Positions 8,537-17,850 of a stretch of DNA of 64,000 nucleotides are shown one piece after another (the first letter of the stretch is position 1; each line of letters begins with the position of its first letter). The translations under genes and the position numbers were made by a program. Source of the stretch: Promethearchaeia archaeon. GTDB lineage: Archaea; Asgardarchaeota; Lokiarchaeia; Sigyniarchaeales; SOKP01. Below the pieces are notes generated by a model. It worked only from the letters and a program-made list of their open reading frames with translations, ran no database searches and was not told the origin of the DNA. Where the stretch lies: NCBI GenBank assembly GCA_029856045.1, contig JAHQWG010000016.1, forward strand, positions 96,001-160,000. Reading direction: 5' to 3'.

Positions 8537-9217
8537 ATGCCGATAAGCCTAAGCATATTATTGACGGCAACTAAAGGAATCTTCCTTTTTCTCTGCTCAT
8601 TTTTCAAAAGAGGTGATATTAATAAAGTTTGTATTATTTCTGGAACACCCGGGACGGGGAAAACTTTTTTGACAAAAATAATTAGTCAAAAAATTAACAC
8701 ATTTTGTGTTTTTTTAAATGAATTAATTATTAATGAAAAACACACATTGAATTATGATAATGCAAGAGAAACATGGGTAGTAAATGAAAAAACATTGATT
8801 CCGCGATTAAAAGAAATCATAAAACGAGAGAAAAGAAGTAAAAATTATGAATTAATTATCATTGAAGGTCATTTATCCGATTTAGTTCCTAATAAATTAA
8901 TTGATTATGGAATTGTTCTTAGATGCCATCCAGACGTATTAAAGAGGAGATTGGAAAAAAGAAATTATAAAGAGGGAAAAATAAAGGAAAATGTACAAGC
9001 TGAAATTTTAGGAGATTGTGTTTCCTTCCTCTTAGAGAAAAAGAGAATAAAATCAATTTTGGAAATTGATACAACAAATGAAAATTTTGAAGAAATTGCT
9101 AAAAATGTGGTTTCAATAATTAGAAATGATAAAAGTTTTAAAAAATATGCATTAGGAAAGATAGACTGGCTAGAAGAGTTATTTTCAAATAATCGCCTAG
9201 GTGAATTTTTTGAATAA
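8537..9217 (+). CDS. adenylate kinase 6 / Fap7-hCINAP family NTPase (true start may be ~8618)
   Basis: ISGTPGTGKT, IIEGH, VLRCHPDVLKRRLEKRNY, KENVQAEI, EIDTT, IDWL. Confidence 0.88.
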   Translation: MPISLSILLTATKGIFLFLCSFFKRGDINKVCIISGTPGTGKTFLTKIISQKINTFCVFLNELIINEKHTLNYDNARETWVVNEKTLIPRLKEIIKREKRSKNYELIIIEGHLSDLVPNKLIDYGIVLRCHPDVLKRRLEKRNYKEGKIKENVQAEILGDCVSFLLEKKRIKSILEIDTTNENFEEIAKNVVSIIRNDKSFKKYALGKIDWLEELFSNNRLGEFFE

Positions 9218-9271
9218 AAATAATATTTGTAGAGTCTATATTTATATGAAAAGAAGAAAAATTCTAGAACA

Positions 9272-10912
9272 ATGAATTTTGAAATTATCGAGACGGACGG
9301 ACTCGGAAGAATCGGAAAAATTGAAGTGAACGGTAAAAAATTAATAACTCCCAATTTATTTGCTGTAGTTAAACCTTCAGGGAATTTAATTACCCCGTAT
9401 GAGCTTAAAAGATTAGGGGTTGATTGTATATTTACAAATGCATATATATTATATCAAAATGAAATTTTAAAAGAGAGAGCATTAAGGAATGGCATTCATA
9501 AATTATTAGAGTATGATGGCATTATTGCAACAGATTCCGGAGCTTTTCAGCAATATATGTATAATGACAAAATAGATATTAATCCAGAGGAAATTGAGCT
9601 TTTCCAAGAGGATATTGGTTCAGATTTTCCTGTGATTTTAGATATCCCAGTGCAACCCAATGATTCTTACGAAGTTGCAAAAAGTAAAGTATTAAAAACC
9701 ATTGAAAGGGCAAAAGAAAACATAAAAAGAAGGAAGCAAACTAAATCTGAATGGATGGGACCAATTCATGGAGCAAAATATAAAGATTTGCTCCAAATGA
9801 GTGCTAAAGAAATGAGTAAATTAGATTTTAGTATAAATGCTATAGGAGGGTTGGTTAAATTATTTGTAAATTATCGTTTTGATTTAGCAGTTGATATTTT
9901 ATTAACTGTTAAGAAAAATGTTATTCCAAATAGACCATTACATATGTTTGGTTTAGGACTCCCTCAATTTTTTTCTTTAGCTGTTGCTTGTGGGTGTGAT
10001 TTTATGGATTCAGCAGCTTTTATGTTATATGCTAAAGACGAGCGATATTTTACCTTATCCACCGGGACTAAGAAATTAGATCAATTAAAAGAATTTCCTT
10101 GTACATGTCCAGTTTGTTTTAATTTTAGTCCCAAAGAACTGATGACGTTCAATAAAAAATTAAGAACAGAATTATTAGCAAAACACAATTTACATGTTTC
10201 TTATTCAGAATTAAAGACAATTAGACAAGCTATTAGGGAGGGGAAATTGTGGGAATTAGTAGAAATAAGAACTCGTTCCCATCCAAATTTAATTAGAGGT
10301 TTAAATGTATTAAAAAAATATTCTGGTTTTATTGAAAAATATGAAAAAAGATATAAAAAAGGAGGTTTATTTTACATTTCTTCAGAAACACTTAATCGTC
10401 CAATAATTACGCGGCAATTAAAGTATTTAAAAAACACCTATATTGTTCCTGAATCAGTTAAATATGTTCTAATATTACCAGAATTAGATGTTAATAGAGA
10501 GAGTTCTCCAATCATAAAAAAATGGCTAAATTTTATAGAGAATTTTAAGGAGATAAATAGAAAATTGATCCATGTGATTTTTATGACAACCCTCTTTGGA
10601 ATAGTACCTTTAGAATTAAGTGATTCTTATCCATTTGGTCAGAATGAAACAATTACATTTCCAGATCAATTTAATGAGCTATATAAAAAATCTATAAGGA
10701 ATTCGGTAGATTTTTTCGAAAATTATGCCAAATTATATCAAAAATGCGGAATTTTAGTTCCAAAAACCTATTATAATCAATTTAATGAAAAAAAAGAATT
10801 TATTTCCCATCCAATAAAAGACTTAAAGGCTTATTTAGAGAAAAACTTTCAAAACACTCTGATTGAAAGCGATTCATTAGAAGAAATTTTAAATTTTTTT
10901 ATTGAAAATTAA
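9272..10912 (+). CDS. tgtA: archaeosine tRNA-guanine(15) transglycosylase
   Basis: GRIGKI, TDSGAFQ, LHMFGLG, DFMDSAAF, Zn site CTCPVC..H, LWELVE.R.RSHP, YPFGQ. Confidence 0.92.
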   Translation: MNFEIIETDGLGRIGKIEVNGKKLITPNLFAVVKPSGNLITPYELKRLGVDCIFTNAYILYQNEILKERALRNGIHKLLEYDGIIATDSGAFQQYMYNDKIDINPEEIELFQEDIGSDFPVILDIPVQPNDSYEVAKSKVLKTIERAKENIKRRKQTKSEWMGPIHGAKYKDLLQMSAKEMSKLDFSINAIGGLVKLFVNYRFDLAVDILLTVKKNVIPNRPLHMFGLGLPQFFSLAVACGCDFMDSAAFMLYAKDERYFTLSTGTKKLDQLKEFPCTCPVCFNFSPKELMTFNKKLRTELLAKHNLHVSYSELKTIRQAIREGKLWELVEIRTRSHPNLIRGLNVLKKYSGFIEKYEKRYKKGGLFYISSETLNRPIITRQLKYLKNTYIVPESVKYVLILPELDVNRESSPIIKKWLNFIENFKEINRKLIHVIFMTTLFGIVPLELSDSYPFGQNETITFPDQFNELYKKSIRNSVDFFENYAKLYQKCGILVPKTYYNQFNEKKEFISHPIKDLKAYLEKNFQNTLIESDSLEEILNFFIEN

Positions 10913-10937
10913 TTTTTAATAAAATTTGTGAATAAAG

Positions 10938-11363
10938 ATGGATTCTTTGGAAGTTCTTAAAGCGTTCGGTCATGCAAACATTCTAGGAACACATAAAACT
11001 ACTATTGAGATTACAAAAGAGAAAGATTTAACTTTAAAAGGAGATTGTATAATAGGAATTAAAGCAGATAAAGCATGTTCTGATTTAAATATAAAACTAA
11101 AACAAGAAATTAGGAGAGAAAATAAATTTAAAGTGGTTATAAAATTAAATAATATAAGTGAAACTTTTTATGGATGGGGTCATAAAGGTTTAAAATTAAG
11201 GAGTTCTAGAGATATCGTTTTTAGAAAGAGTAATTTTATTTGTAACCGAACAATTTTAATTAATTGCACCAAATCAAGTCAAGATTTAAATCGCACATTG
11301 ATTGAAAAATTAAAGAATGAAAATCAACTAATTGAATTGACTATTGGATTATCAGATGAATGA
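10938..11363 (+). CDS. DUF371 family protein
   Basis: AFGHANILGTHKTTIEITKE..LT..GDCIIGI, IVFRKSNF..RT. Confidence 0.85.
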   Translation: MDSLEVLKAFGHANILGTHKTTIEITKEKDLTLKGDCIIGIKADKACSDLNIKLKQEIRRENKFKVVIKLNNISETFYGWGHKGLKLRSSRDIVFRKSNFICNRTILINCTKSSQDLNRTLIEKLKNENQLIELTIGLSDE

Positions 11364-12489
11364 AGAAAATATTCATTATTTAAAGATTGATAGAGAAAAA
11401 TCAAACTCTATTAAAAAATTATTCTCAAAAAAAAAAATTATCGAAAAGAAATATCGCATTTTAAGAAGCCAAGATTATGTTTTATTTCCTTTAAAAGAGG
11501 AGATTTTCACTCAAGAAAAAATTATAAAAATAATTGAACAAAAACCATTTATGGAGATAATTGTTAGCAAACCAATAATTAATGAGAATTACGATTATAA
11601 AGATATAATCGGAGAATTAAAAAATAAATTAGATAATAACTATTTATATTTAATTCCAAGATCTTTTGATATAATTGGGTCAAAAAAATCAAAAAGATTT
11701 GCAATTATTGAATTTCCAGAAAATACGGATATCGAAAGAGAAAGATTTAACCAAATTAAAAAGACTATTGCCGTTGCGTTTCTGAATGTAAATAAAAGTA
11801 TTAATTCAGTATTTGAGAAAAAAGGTGAAAGAGAAGGAATATATAGAACTAGAAGATTAAACCTTTTAGCAGGTGAGGAGAGATCAGAAACAATACACAA
11901 GGAAAACAACTGTTTTTTTAAATTGGACATTAAAAAAGTTTTCTTTTCTCCCAGGCTAGTTCATGAAAGGCAGAGAATAACGCATTCAGGTTTAAATGAG
12001 AAAAATTTCGTTTTAGATTTATTTGCTGGGGTAGGAACGTTTTCAATTCAGATAGCAAAAAAGTGTAATTCGAAAATTTTTGCGATAGATATTAATCCTG
12101 ATGCAATTAAATACCTGAAGGAAAACACTAAAATTAATAAAGTTGAAGGAAATATAACTTGTTTTCTGATGGATGCTAAAGATCTGCTGAATAAAAATAA
12201 TGATTTAGGAAAAAAGCTCAAAGATAAAGTGGATAGAATAATTATGAATTTACCAAAAAATTCAATAGACTATTTAGAAGTAGCATGTAATATGATAAAA
12301 AAGAAAGAAGGGATTATTCATTTTTATAGTATTTCTGGAGAACCTTATCCTTTAGAAAATGTTAACAAGAAATTTAAATCAAAATTAGAAGAATTGAATT
12401 TTAATATTGAGAAAGTCTTAACAACAAAAATCGTTAAAACATATAGTCCTTATAAATATCTAACTGTGATGGATGTAAAGATTAGATAA
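11344..12489 (+). CDS. Trm5/Taw2-family tRNA G37 class I SAM-dependent transferase
   Basis: SFDIIG, ETIHKEN, VFFSPRL..ER, DLFAGVGTF, DINP, RIIMNLP. Confidence 0.85.
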   Translation: MDYQMNEENIHYLKIDREKSNSIKKLFSKKKIIEKKYRILRSQDYVLFPLKEEIFTQEKIIKIIEQKPFMEIIVSKPIINENYDYKDIIGELKNKLDNNYLYLIPRSFDIIGSKKSKRFAIIEFPENTDIERERFNQIKKTIAVAFLNVNKSINSVFEKKGEREGIYRTRRLNLLAGEERSETIHKENNCFFKLDIKKVFFSPRLVHERQRITHSGLNEKNFVLDLFAGVGTFSIQIAKKCNSKIFAIDINPDAIKYLKENTKINKVEGNITCFLMDAKDLLNKNNDLGKKLKDKVDRIIMNLPKNSIDYLEVACNMIKKKEGIIHFYSISGEPYPLENVNKKFKSKLEELNFNIEKVLTTKIVKTYSPYKYLTVMDVKIR

Positions 12490-12502
12490 GTAAATATGGT
12501 AA

Positions 12503-13549
12503 TTATGATACCTTTCTACCTCTAATGAAAGGTTCCATAATTGTTGGTTTAAATATATTAATTAAATCGATTGAATCAGTAAAAATTCCAATCGTTTTTT
12601 CATCCCTTGTTATTCCGATAGTAATAGTAGCGGAATCTATATTTAAAGCAAAAATACCTTCATTAGAATAATTAATAATCTGATATCTTTTTCTTATTTC
12701 TTGAATAAATTTATTATCGGCTTGTTCATCAATTTTTCCTGCAACCCAAACATTTACATTTTCAGGCAATTCATTTAGAATTTCTAATAAACCATATCTT
12801 TCGAGATCCCTAATATTTGGTAAAACTAATCGAATATTTCGCTTAGTATTTTTTATATGGTTTTTGAAATAATTTTCCATAGCAGAAATATCTGAAATTA
12901 TTCCTGTTCCTTGAATGTCAATATCTTGTTTGAATTCTACTTTTTGAGTTTCCTCGTGATCCAACCGAATTATTTGTTGAAGTTCCGCCACTTTTTGCTT
13001 ATAATTTACCAATTCTTCAAAAATTAACGTTCTGGTTTCTTCCAACTCTTTCTGATTATTTAGATTTTTTTCAAAATCCATTTGTTTTATTAAAATTTGA
13101 CTTAAAGCCCTGTTAAATTTGGCTTTTAAATCAGCTATTTTTACCTCTCTCTCTTGCATTTTAAGTTTTAAATTAGCATTTTCTTGAAGAATTTCATTCT
13201 TTTTTTCTAAGATTTGTGCTTTTTCATTTAAAATTGTTTCTCGATCTTTTAATAAATATTCATTCTTTTGTCGATATTCTGATAATTGTTGTTCGAGTTT
13301 CATTTGCTCTCTTGATAAATTTTTAACCCGTTCTTCCATTACTTCTGTGTTTTTTACTTTAATCTCCATTAATTTCATTTCTGAATTTATTGCTTTCAAA
13401 TCGCCTTCAAATTTAACTTTTGAAATTTTAGTTTCATTTAATTCCGACTTCAATTGTGATATTTTTTCATTTAACTGGATAATAAGATCTTCTTTTTCTT
13501 TTAATTCTTTCTGGAGGTTTTCTATCTCAAGTTCATTTTCTAAACTCAT
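12503..13549 (-). CDS. coiled-coil protein with C-terminal PLD/TrmB-like alpha/beta domain
   Basis: ~200-aa heptad region followed by IKNTKRNIRLVLP...FALNIDS...IGIFTDS; domain call is inference. Confidence 0.6.
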   Translation of the reverse strand: MSLENELEIENLQKELKEKEDLIIQLNEKISQLKSELNETKISKVKFEGDLKAINSEMKLMEIKVKNTEVMEERVKNLSREQMKLEQQLSEYRQKNEYLLKDRETILNEKAQILEKKNEILQENANLKLKMQEREVKIADLKAKFNRALSQILIKQMDFEKNLNNQKELEETRTLIFEELVNYKQKVAELQQIIRLDHEETQKVEFKQDIDIQGTGIISDISAMENYFKNHIKNTKRNIRLVLPNIRDLERYGLLEILNELPENVNVWVAGKIDEQADNKFIQEIRKRYQIINYSNEGIFALNIDSATITIGITRDEKTIGIFTDSIDLINIFKPTIMEPFIRGRKVS

Positions 13550-13919
13550 TTATTTCCTCACAAATAGAAGATGAATATTTTATTTATTATAAGCTTAGAG
13601 AGGTGATTATTAATACTCTTTTGAATAATAAAAAATATTTTATATTATTAATTATCTTCGAGAAATTTATCTTTTAATTTTATGAATTAAATTGAAATTG
13701 ATAAAAAACAATTTAGTATTATATATAAGCAGGTTTAATAGGATTGAATGTTCTTAAATTAACTTAATGATTTTACCTTTTATTTTTTTTTTTTATATTT
13801 TCAAACACCATAATTATTTTTGAAATGAAATCATATCAATTTTTTAATTTTAAAGAAAAATTTAACTTAAATGACCTTTTCTTTTTAAATAGATTTAGGT
13901 TTAAAATAATAAAAAAAAT

Positions 13920-14056
13920 GGACCTATAGCCTAGCCTGGATTTAATACATTATTTATACTGTCAAATGGGTAAATAGGGCATCGGACTTCTAATCCGAGG
14001 GTCGGCGGTTCAAAAAAAAGTGCATTTCGTACTTTTTGAAATTCCGCCTAGGTCCG
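13920..14056 (+). tRNA. tRNA-Arg(TCT) with two introns (D-loop ~13941-13975; T-loop 59/60 at 14015-14042)
   Basis: Acceptor GGACCTA/TAGGTCC-G, anticodon arm TCGGA-CT-TCT-AA-TCCGA, T stem GGCGG/CCGCC; perfect BHB TTCA-AAA..TGAA-ATT restores loop TTCAAAT. Confidence 0.9.
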
Positions 14057-14265
14057 CTAATTTAAAATATTTAATTTATGGAAGCATCTTAATTAATGTA
14101 CTTTTAGAATTAGAGTAAGTTTCTTTTGATATTGTCGGTAATATACTCAAATAAAATCGGGTAAAATTAATAATTCATTAATATCTTAATTTTATTAAGA
14201 ACAGTTAGTTATTTCTTTTTATAAATCTAATATTAAATTGAATTAACAATTTTAAAGTTTTTTTT

Positions 14266-14982
14266 TTGATAAAAAGAAAGAATTTTCATCATAAAAATCT
14301 GGTATATTCCTTTAATTGGAATATGGAAAATCATAAAAAATTAAAACATATTTCAAATAATCCAGATATTATTAAACTTTGGAATTTTTTTGAAAGAATT
14401 GGAAAAGGAGATATACCAAATCAACTATTTAATGATTATAATCTTCCAAGAATATCACAATTCAAATTATCGGGAATTAATCCTAAATTACTTGGATCAT
14501 TTAAAACAAAATTAATAAGACAAGGAAAAATAAAACGATTAGATGAAACATCTAAATATTCTAAAATGGTTCAAAGCGTATTTAGAAATTTTAAACAGAA
14601 TGGTTTTAAAAAAAAACCCAATCATGAAGCCGTATTAAAAAATATTCTTATAAAAGATGAGGAATCTCTTGCTATAGAAATTCCAGTTTGGAAAAGAGGT
14701 CAAAATGGCTCCTTAACAGGACATATTGATTTGATTCAAGCAAATGAAAATTTAATTAAAGTTATTGACTATAAACCTGAGGGAAGGTTCCTGTGGAGCC
14801 TACCACAAGTAGCAACATATGGGAATTTAATAAAAAATCTTTTAAAAGTGAAGAAATTACGTTGTATTTCATTTAGTTTGAGGGAAGTTTGGGAATACAA
14901 TCCAGAAATATTATTAACAGACATCAAGGATTTTTTAAGTAATCATGGTTATGAAGATAGAATGTGGGAGAAATATTTTTAA
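14266..14982 (+). CDS. PD-(D/E)XK nuclease family protein
   Basis: EIPVW..LTGHIDLI..VIDYKP..PQVATY (RecB-like motifs). Confidence 0.75.
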   Translation: MIKRKNFHHKNLVYSFNWNMENHKKLKHISNNPDIIKLWNFFERIGKGDIPNQLFNDYNLPRISQFKLSGINPKLLGSFKTKLIRQGKIKRLDETSKYSKMVQSVFRNFKQNGFKKKPNHEAVLKNILIKDEESLAIEIPVWKRGQNGSLTGHIDLIQANENLIKVIDYKPEGRFLWSLPQVATYGNLIKNLLKVKKLRCISFSLREVWEYNPEILLTDIKDFLSNHGYEDRMWEKYF

Positions 14983-14999
14983 AAAAAAAATTAAAGTAA

Positions 15000-15281
15000 T
15001 TACATTATATTATTTGATTTTCCTTTATTGATTGGCTTTTTCTGTTCTTCTGATATTAAAAAGCCTTTTAGTAAAAAATAAAGTAGGGTAATACAAATTA
15101 ATTCAATAATTATTGAAAAAAACAAAATAATTAATCCATCAAATTCAAGAAATCTCAAAATTGTGGCAACAGCAACCCCACTAACCGCCAAAATAAAAAC
15201 TAATGAAGCCATAATAATTTCTGAAGTAGATGCAATGAGTTGTTTGAACTGATCTTTTAGCCAGATAGTGAAAGTCCCCAA
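15000..15281 (-). CDS. small membrane protein (2 TM)
   Basis: Two long hydrophobic segments and a basic C-tail. Confidence 0.6.
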   Translation of the reverse strand: MGTFTIWLKDQFKQLIASTSEIIMASLVFILAVSGVAVATILRFLEFDGLIILFFSIIIELICITLLYFLLKGFLISEEQKKPINKGKSNNIM

Positions 15282-15444
15282 TTTTTTTCACATATTATCA
15301 TTATAAGATATTTAATTAAGAAAAAATAATTTAAGATTTATTTTAATCCCTTAGGTTTTTTTAAAATTTCTTTAAAATTTCATTCAGAAATTTATTTTAA
15401 TAGGGGAATTAATGATTAAAAATTAAATACTTACTTTTATCAAA

Positions 15445-17850
15445 TTATTTTTTTCGATGCGTTTTGAATTTCTCATATAATGCTTTATCCAAAAATTTTC
15501 CGATTTTTTTTGATATATTACTAGCAATTCCCAAACGTTCTCCTTCAATCATTAATTTAAAATCTTCAGAAGTTGGCTCACGATTCAGTCTTGTTTGTAA
15601 AATTGGAGCTGCAATTTTGATTACTATTTCTTTTATTTCTTCATACGCCGGAATTCGGATAGGATCCCAGCGTTCTTTTATTTTCTGTAGTGCAAAATAA
15701 TAATATTGAGTGAGTAATTCAATAGGATCTCCTTTTAATTCACTATGAAGTTTAATATTTTCAGCTGCTGTTTTATTATCTTTTTCATTCCAATATAATT
15801 GATTAGGATTTATTCCTGGACTAGTAATTCTCATTAATGATGAGGTTATTTTTCTCTCTATCCAATTTAACGTACTAATTTCTTGTTTCTCTCTTATTTC
15901 TTTTTTCTTCTCTTCTTCTTTTTGTTTCTTTTCTTCATAGATTTCTTCAATTCTTAATTTTCTAAGCTGTTCATATGTTTTAAGTCTTTGAATTAAATCA
16001 TATGCAATTATATAAGAGACTGGAGAAACATATTCTTCTTTTAATGTCAATGAAGCAAAATCCTCAAAAATTGGACTAACTTCAGTTTTTAATTCATTAA
16101 TACCTTCTTTTAATGATTTATCTGTAAGTCTAGCCAAAATGAAACCGTTTACTAAGAAAGGATTGTTTTGTGCGTTAAAAATATTACTTAACTCTGTTTG
16201 TCTTCTTAACATTCTCTCAATCATTAACTCTTCAATTTTAACACTAACCCATCCTTCAGTACTTGTTGTACCGAATATTCTTTCTAATCCTTTTAAAAAT
16301 AATGATTTATCATCACTGATTTTAATATACGCTTCAAGAATTCGGCCCAAATGTCGATTAATTTCCGAAAAAATATTAAAATATACTTCTTTTGCGAGAT
16401 TTAATAGTATTTCTTTATATTCTAATATTTTTAATAATTGAGAATAATTTTGAAGATTATATTTTTTAATAATTCGATTATTAATAATTTGGTGTTTAAG
16501 ATTATATGTTTTTAACTCTTTCGGTGAGATGCCAATACCATTGCAAATTCGTGCAATTATTTTTTGATTTTTATCATCTGAGAATAGTTCCTTTAAATTC
16601 ATGTATTTTAATTCATTTACATTTTCCATGGCAGTTAATCCTTGATAATGAGGCTTTTTTAGTTCATTATAAAAAAGTTTTGCAAGAATTATTGGATTCC
16701 TTTGAGGATCTCGCAATTTATTTATATCTGATTTATCAATATTAAAATTCTTCATTGTTTCTATAACATTTTCTACAACTTCAAGTGAAATTTTATTAAG
16801 ATGGTTAAGGTTAAAAACACCATACTTATTTAGTACAAAAATGGTATCGGAAAATGAATAATTCATTAAACTTTGAAAGTAATAGACAAAATCATTAACA
16901 TTTTTACTATTTATTTGAGCAAGATCATTAAATATGAATCCAATTATTTCTTTCTCAAAATCTTCATAATTTATTTCTTGTTGAAGACCATCTTCAATTT
17001 TACTTACAAGTTCTTGTTTAGTTTGATTTGCATGTAGAAATAAATTTAACCCACGTTTTGAAATGGGAAAAGTATCAAAATTAAATTCTAAAGCTTTTCT
17101 TAAAATCATTCTAATAGACATTGTCTGCATTTGGAGATCTTTAAATGACTTGAATTCAAATTTTTTTTTTAACGTTTCTTCTAATCGAGAAATTAAGGAT
17201 AATTCAATATATTTATCTTCTTTTTCTTTTAAGGCTAGTTCCTTCTCAATCTCAATAGAAATGCTTTTTAATTCTGATCCTTCTTCAATAATTTCACCTT
17301 TAATTTGATTGGTAAACCCTAAAAGATCTCCAAGAAAATCATAGAAATGATATTCAGGATAATTTTGTATTAGTAGGACAAGAAAATCTTCCATTTCTTG
17401 TTTAATTTTTTGTTTTTCTTGTTCTTTTTGAAAATCAGCTAACTTATCATAATTTAGTAAATAGGTTATTATGTTCTTTCTAATATTTAACTTCTTATTA
17501 TTAAGTTTTATCTCATAATCAAATGAATCTTTTCCAAATGATTTTATTTCTTTAAATAAAGTATCTTTTTCCATTTTTTCAATTTTATATGTAGATTCCA
17601 CAGAGATTTGAGCTAAATTAGATGAATCCTGTATTCTTATACCTAAATTATGATATGCATGGATTGCAGCAGCAGCTATGAGTACATTATGAAGTTTATT
17701 TTTATTACCAATTAATTCAAAAATTTTCTGTTTATCTGCCTTACGTTTCAAGTGTGAAATTATTAAGTATATAGTTTGAAAAAACTTTTGAGTGCTCTCA
17801 GCTGCTGTAGTTTTTCTTTTTATTCCAGAGATGCTCAATATATCATCCAC
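15445..17850 (-). CDS. large hypothetical protein, predicted mostly alpha-helical
   Basis: 801-aa ORF overlapping the 3' end of the upstream 771-aa ORF; no motif recognised. Confidence 0.75.
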   Translation of the reverse strand: MDDILSISGIKRKTTAAESTQKFFQTIYLIISHLKRKADKQKIFELIGNKNKLHNVLIAAAAIHAYHNLGIRIQDSSNLAQISVESTYKIEKMEKDTLFKEIKSFGKDSFDYEIKLNNKKLNIRKNIITYLLNYDKLADFQKEQEKQKIKQEMEDFLVLLIQNYPEYHFYDFLGDLLGFTNQIKGEIIEEGSELKSISIEIEKELALKEKEDKYIELSLISRLEETLKKKFEFKSFKDLQMQTMSIRMILRKALEFNFDTFPISKRGLNLFLHANQTKQELVSKIEDGLQQEINYEDFEKEIIGFIFNDLAQINSKNVNDFVYYFQSLMNYSFSDTIFVLNKYGVFNLNHLNKISLEVVENVIETMKNFNIDKSDINKLRDPQRNPIILAKLFYNELKKPHYQGLTAMENVNELKYMNLKELFSDDKNQKIIARICNGIGISPKELKTYNLKHQIINNRIIKKYNLQNYSQLLKILEYKEILLNLAKEVYFNIFSEINRHLGRILEAYIKISDDKSLFLKGLERIFGTTSTEGWVSVKIEELMIERMLRRQTELSNIFNAQNNPFLVNGFILARLTDKSLKEGINELKTEVSPIFEDFASLTLKEEYVSPVSYIIAYDLIQRLKTYEQLRKLRIEEIYEEKKQKEEEKKKEIREKQEISTLNWIERKITSSLMRITSPGINPNQLYWNEKDNKTAAENIKLHSELKGDPIELLTQYYYFALQKIKERWDPIRIPAYEEIKEIVIKIAAPILQTRLNREPTSEDFKLMIEGERLGIASNISKKIGKFLDKALYEKFKTHRKK

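Noticed and set aside
14266-14982. Cas4 / CRISPR association
   Set aside because: No Fe-S cysteines, no other cas genes and no repeat-spacer array in the window
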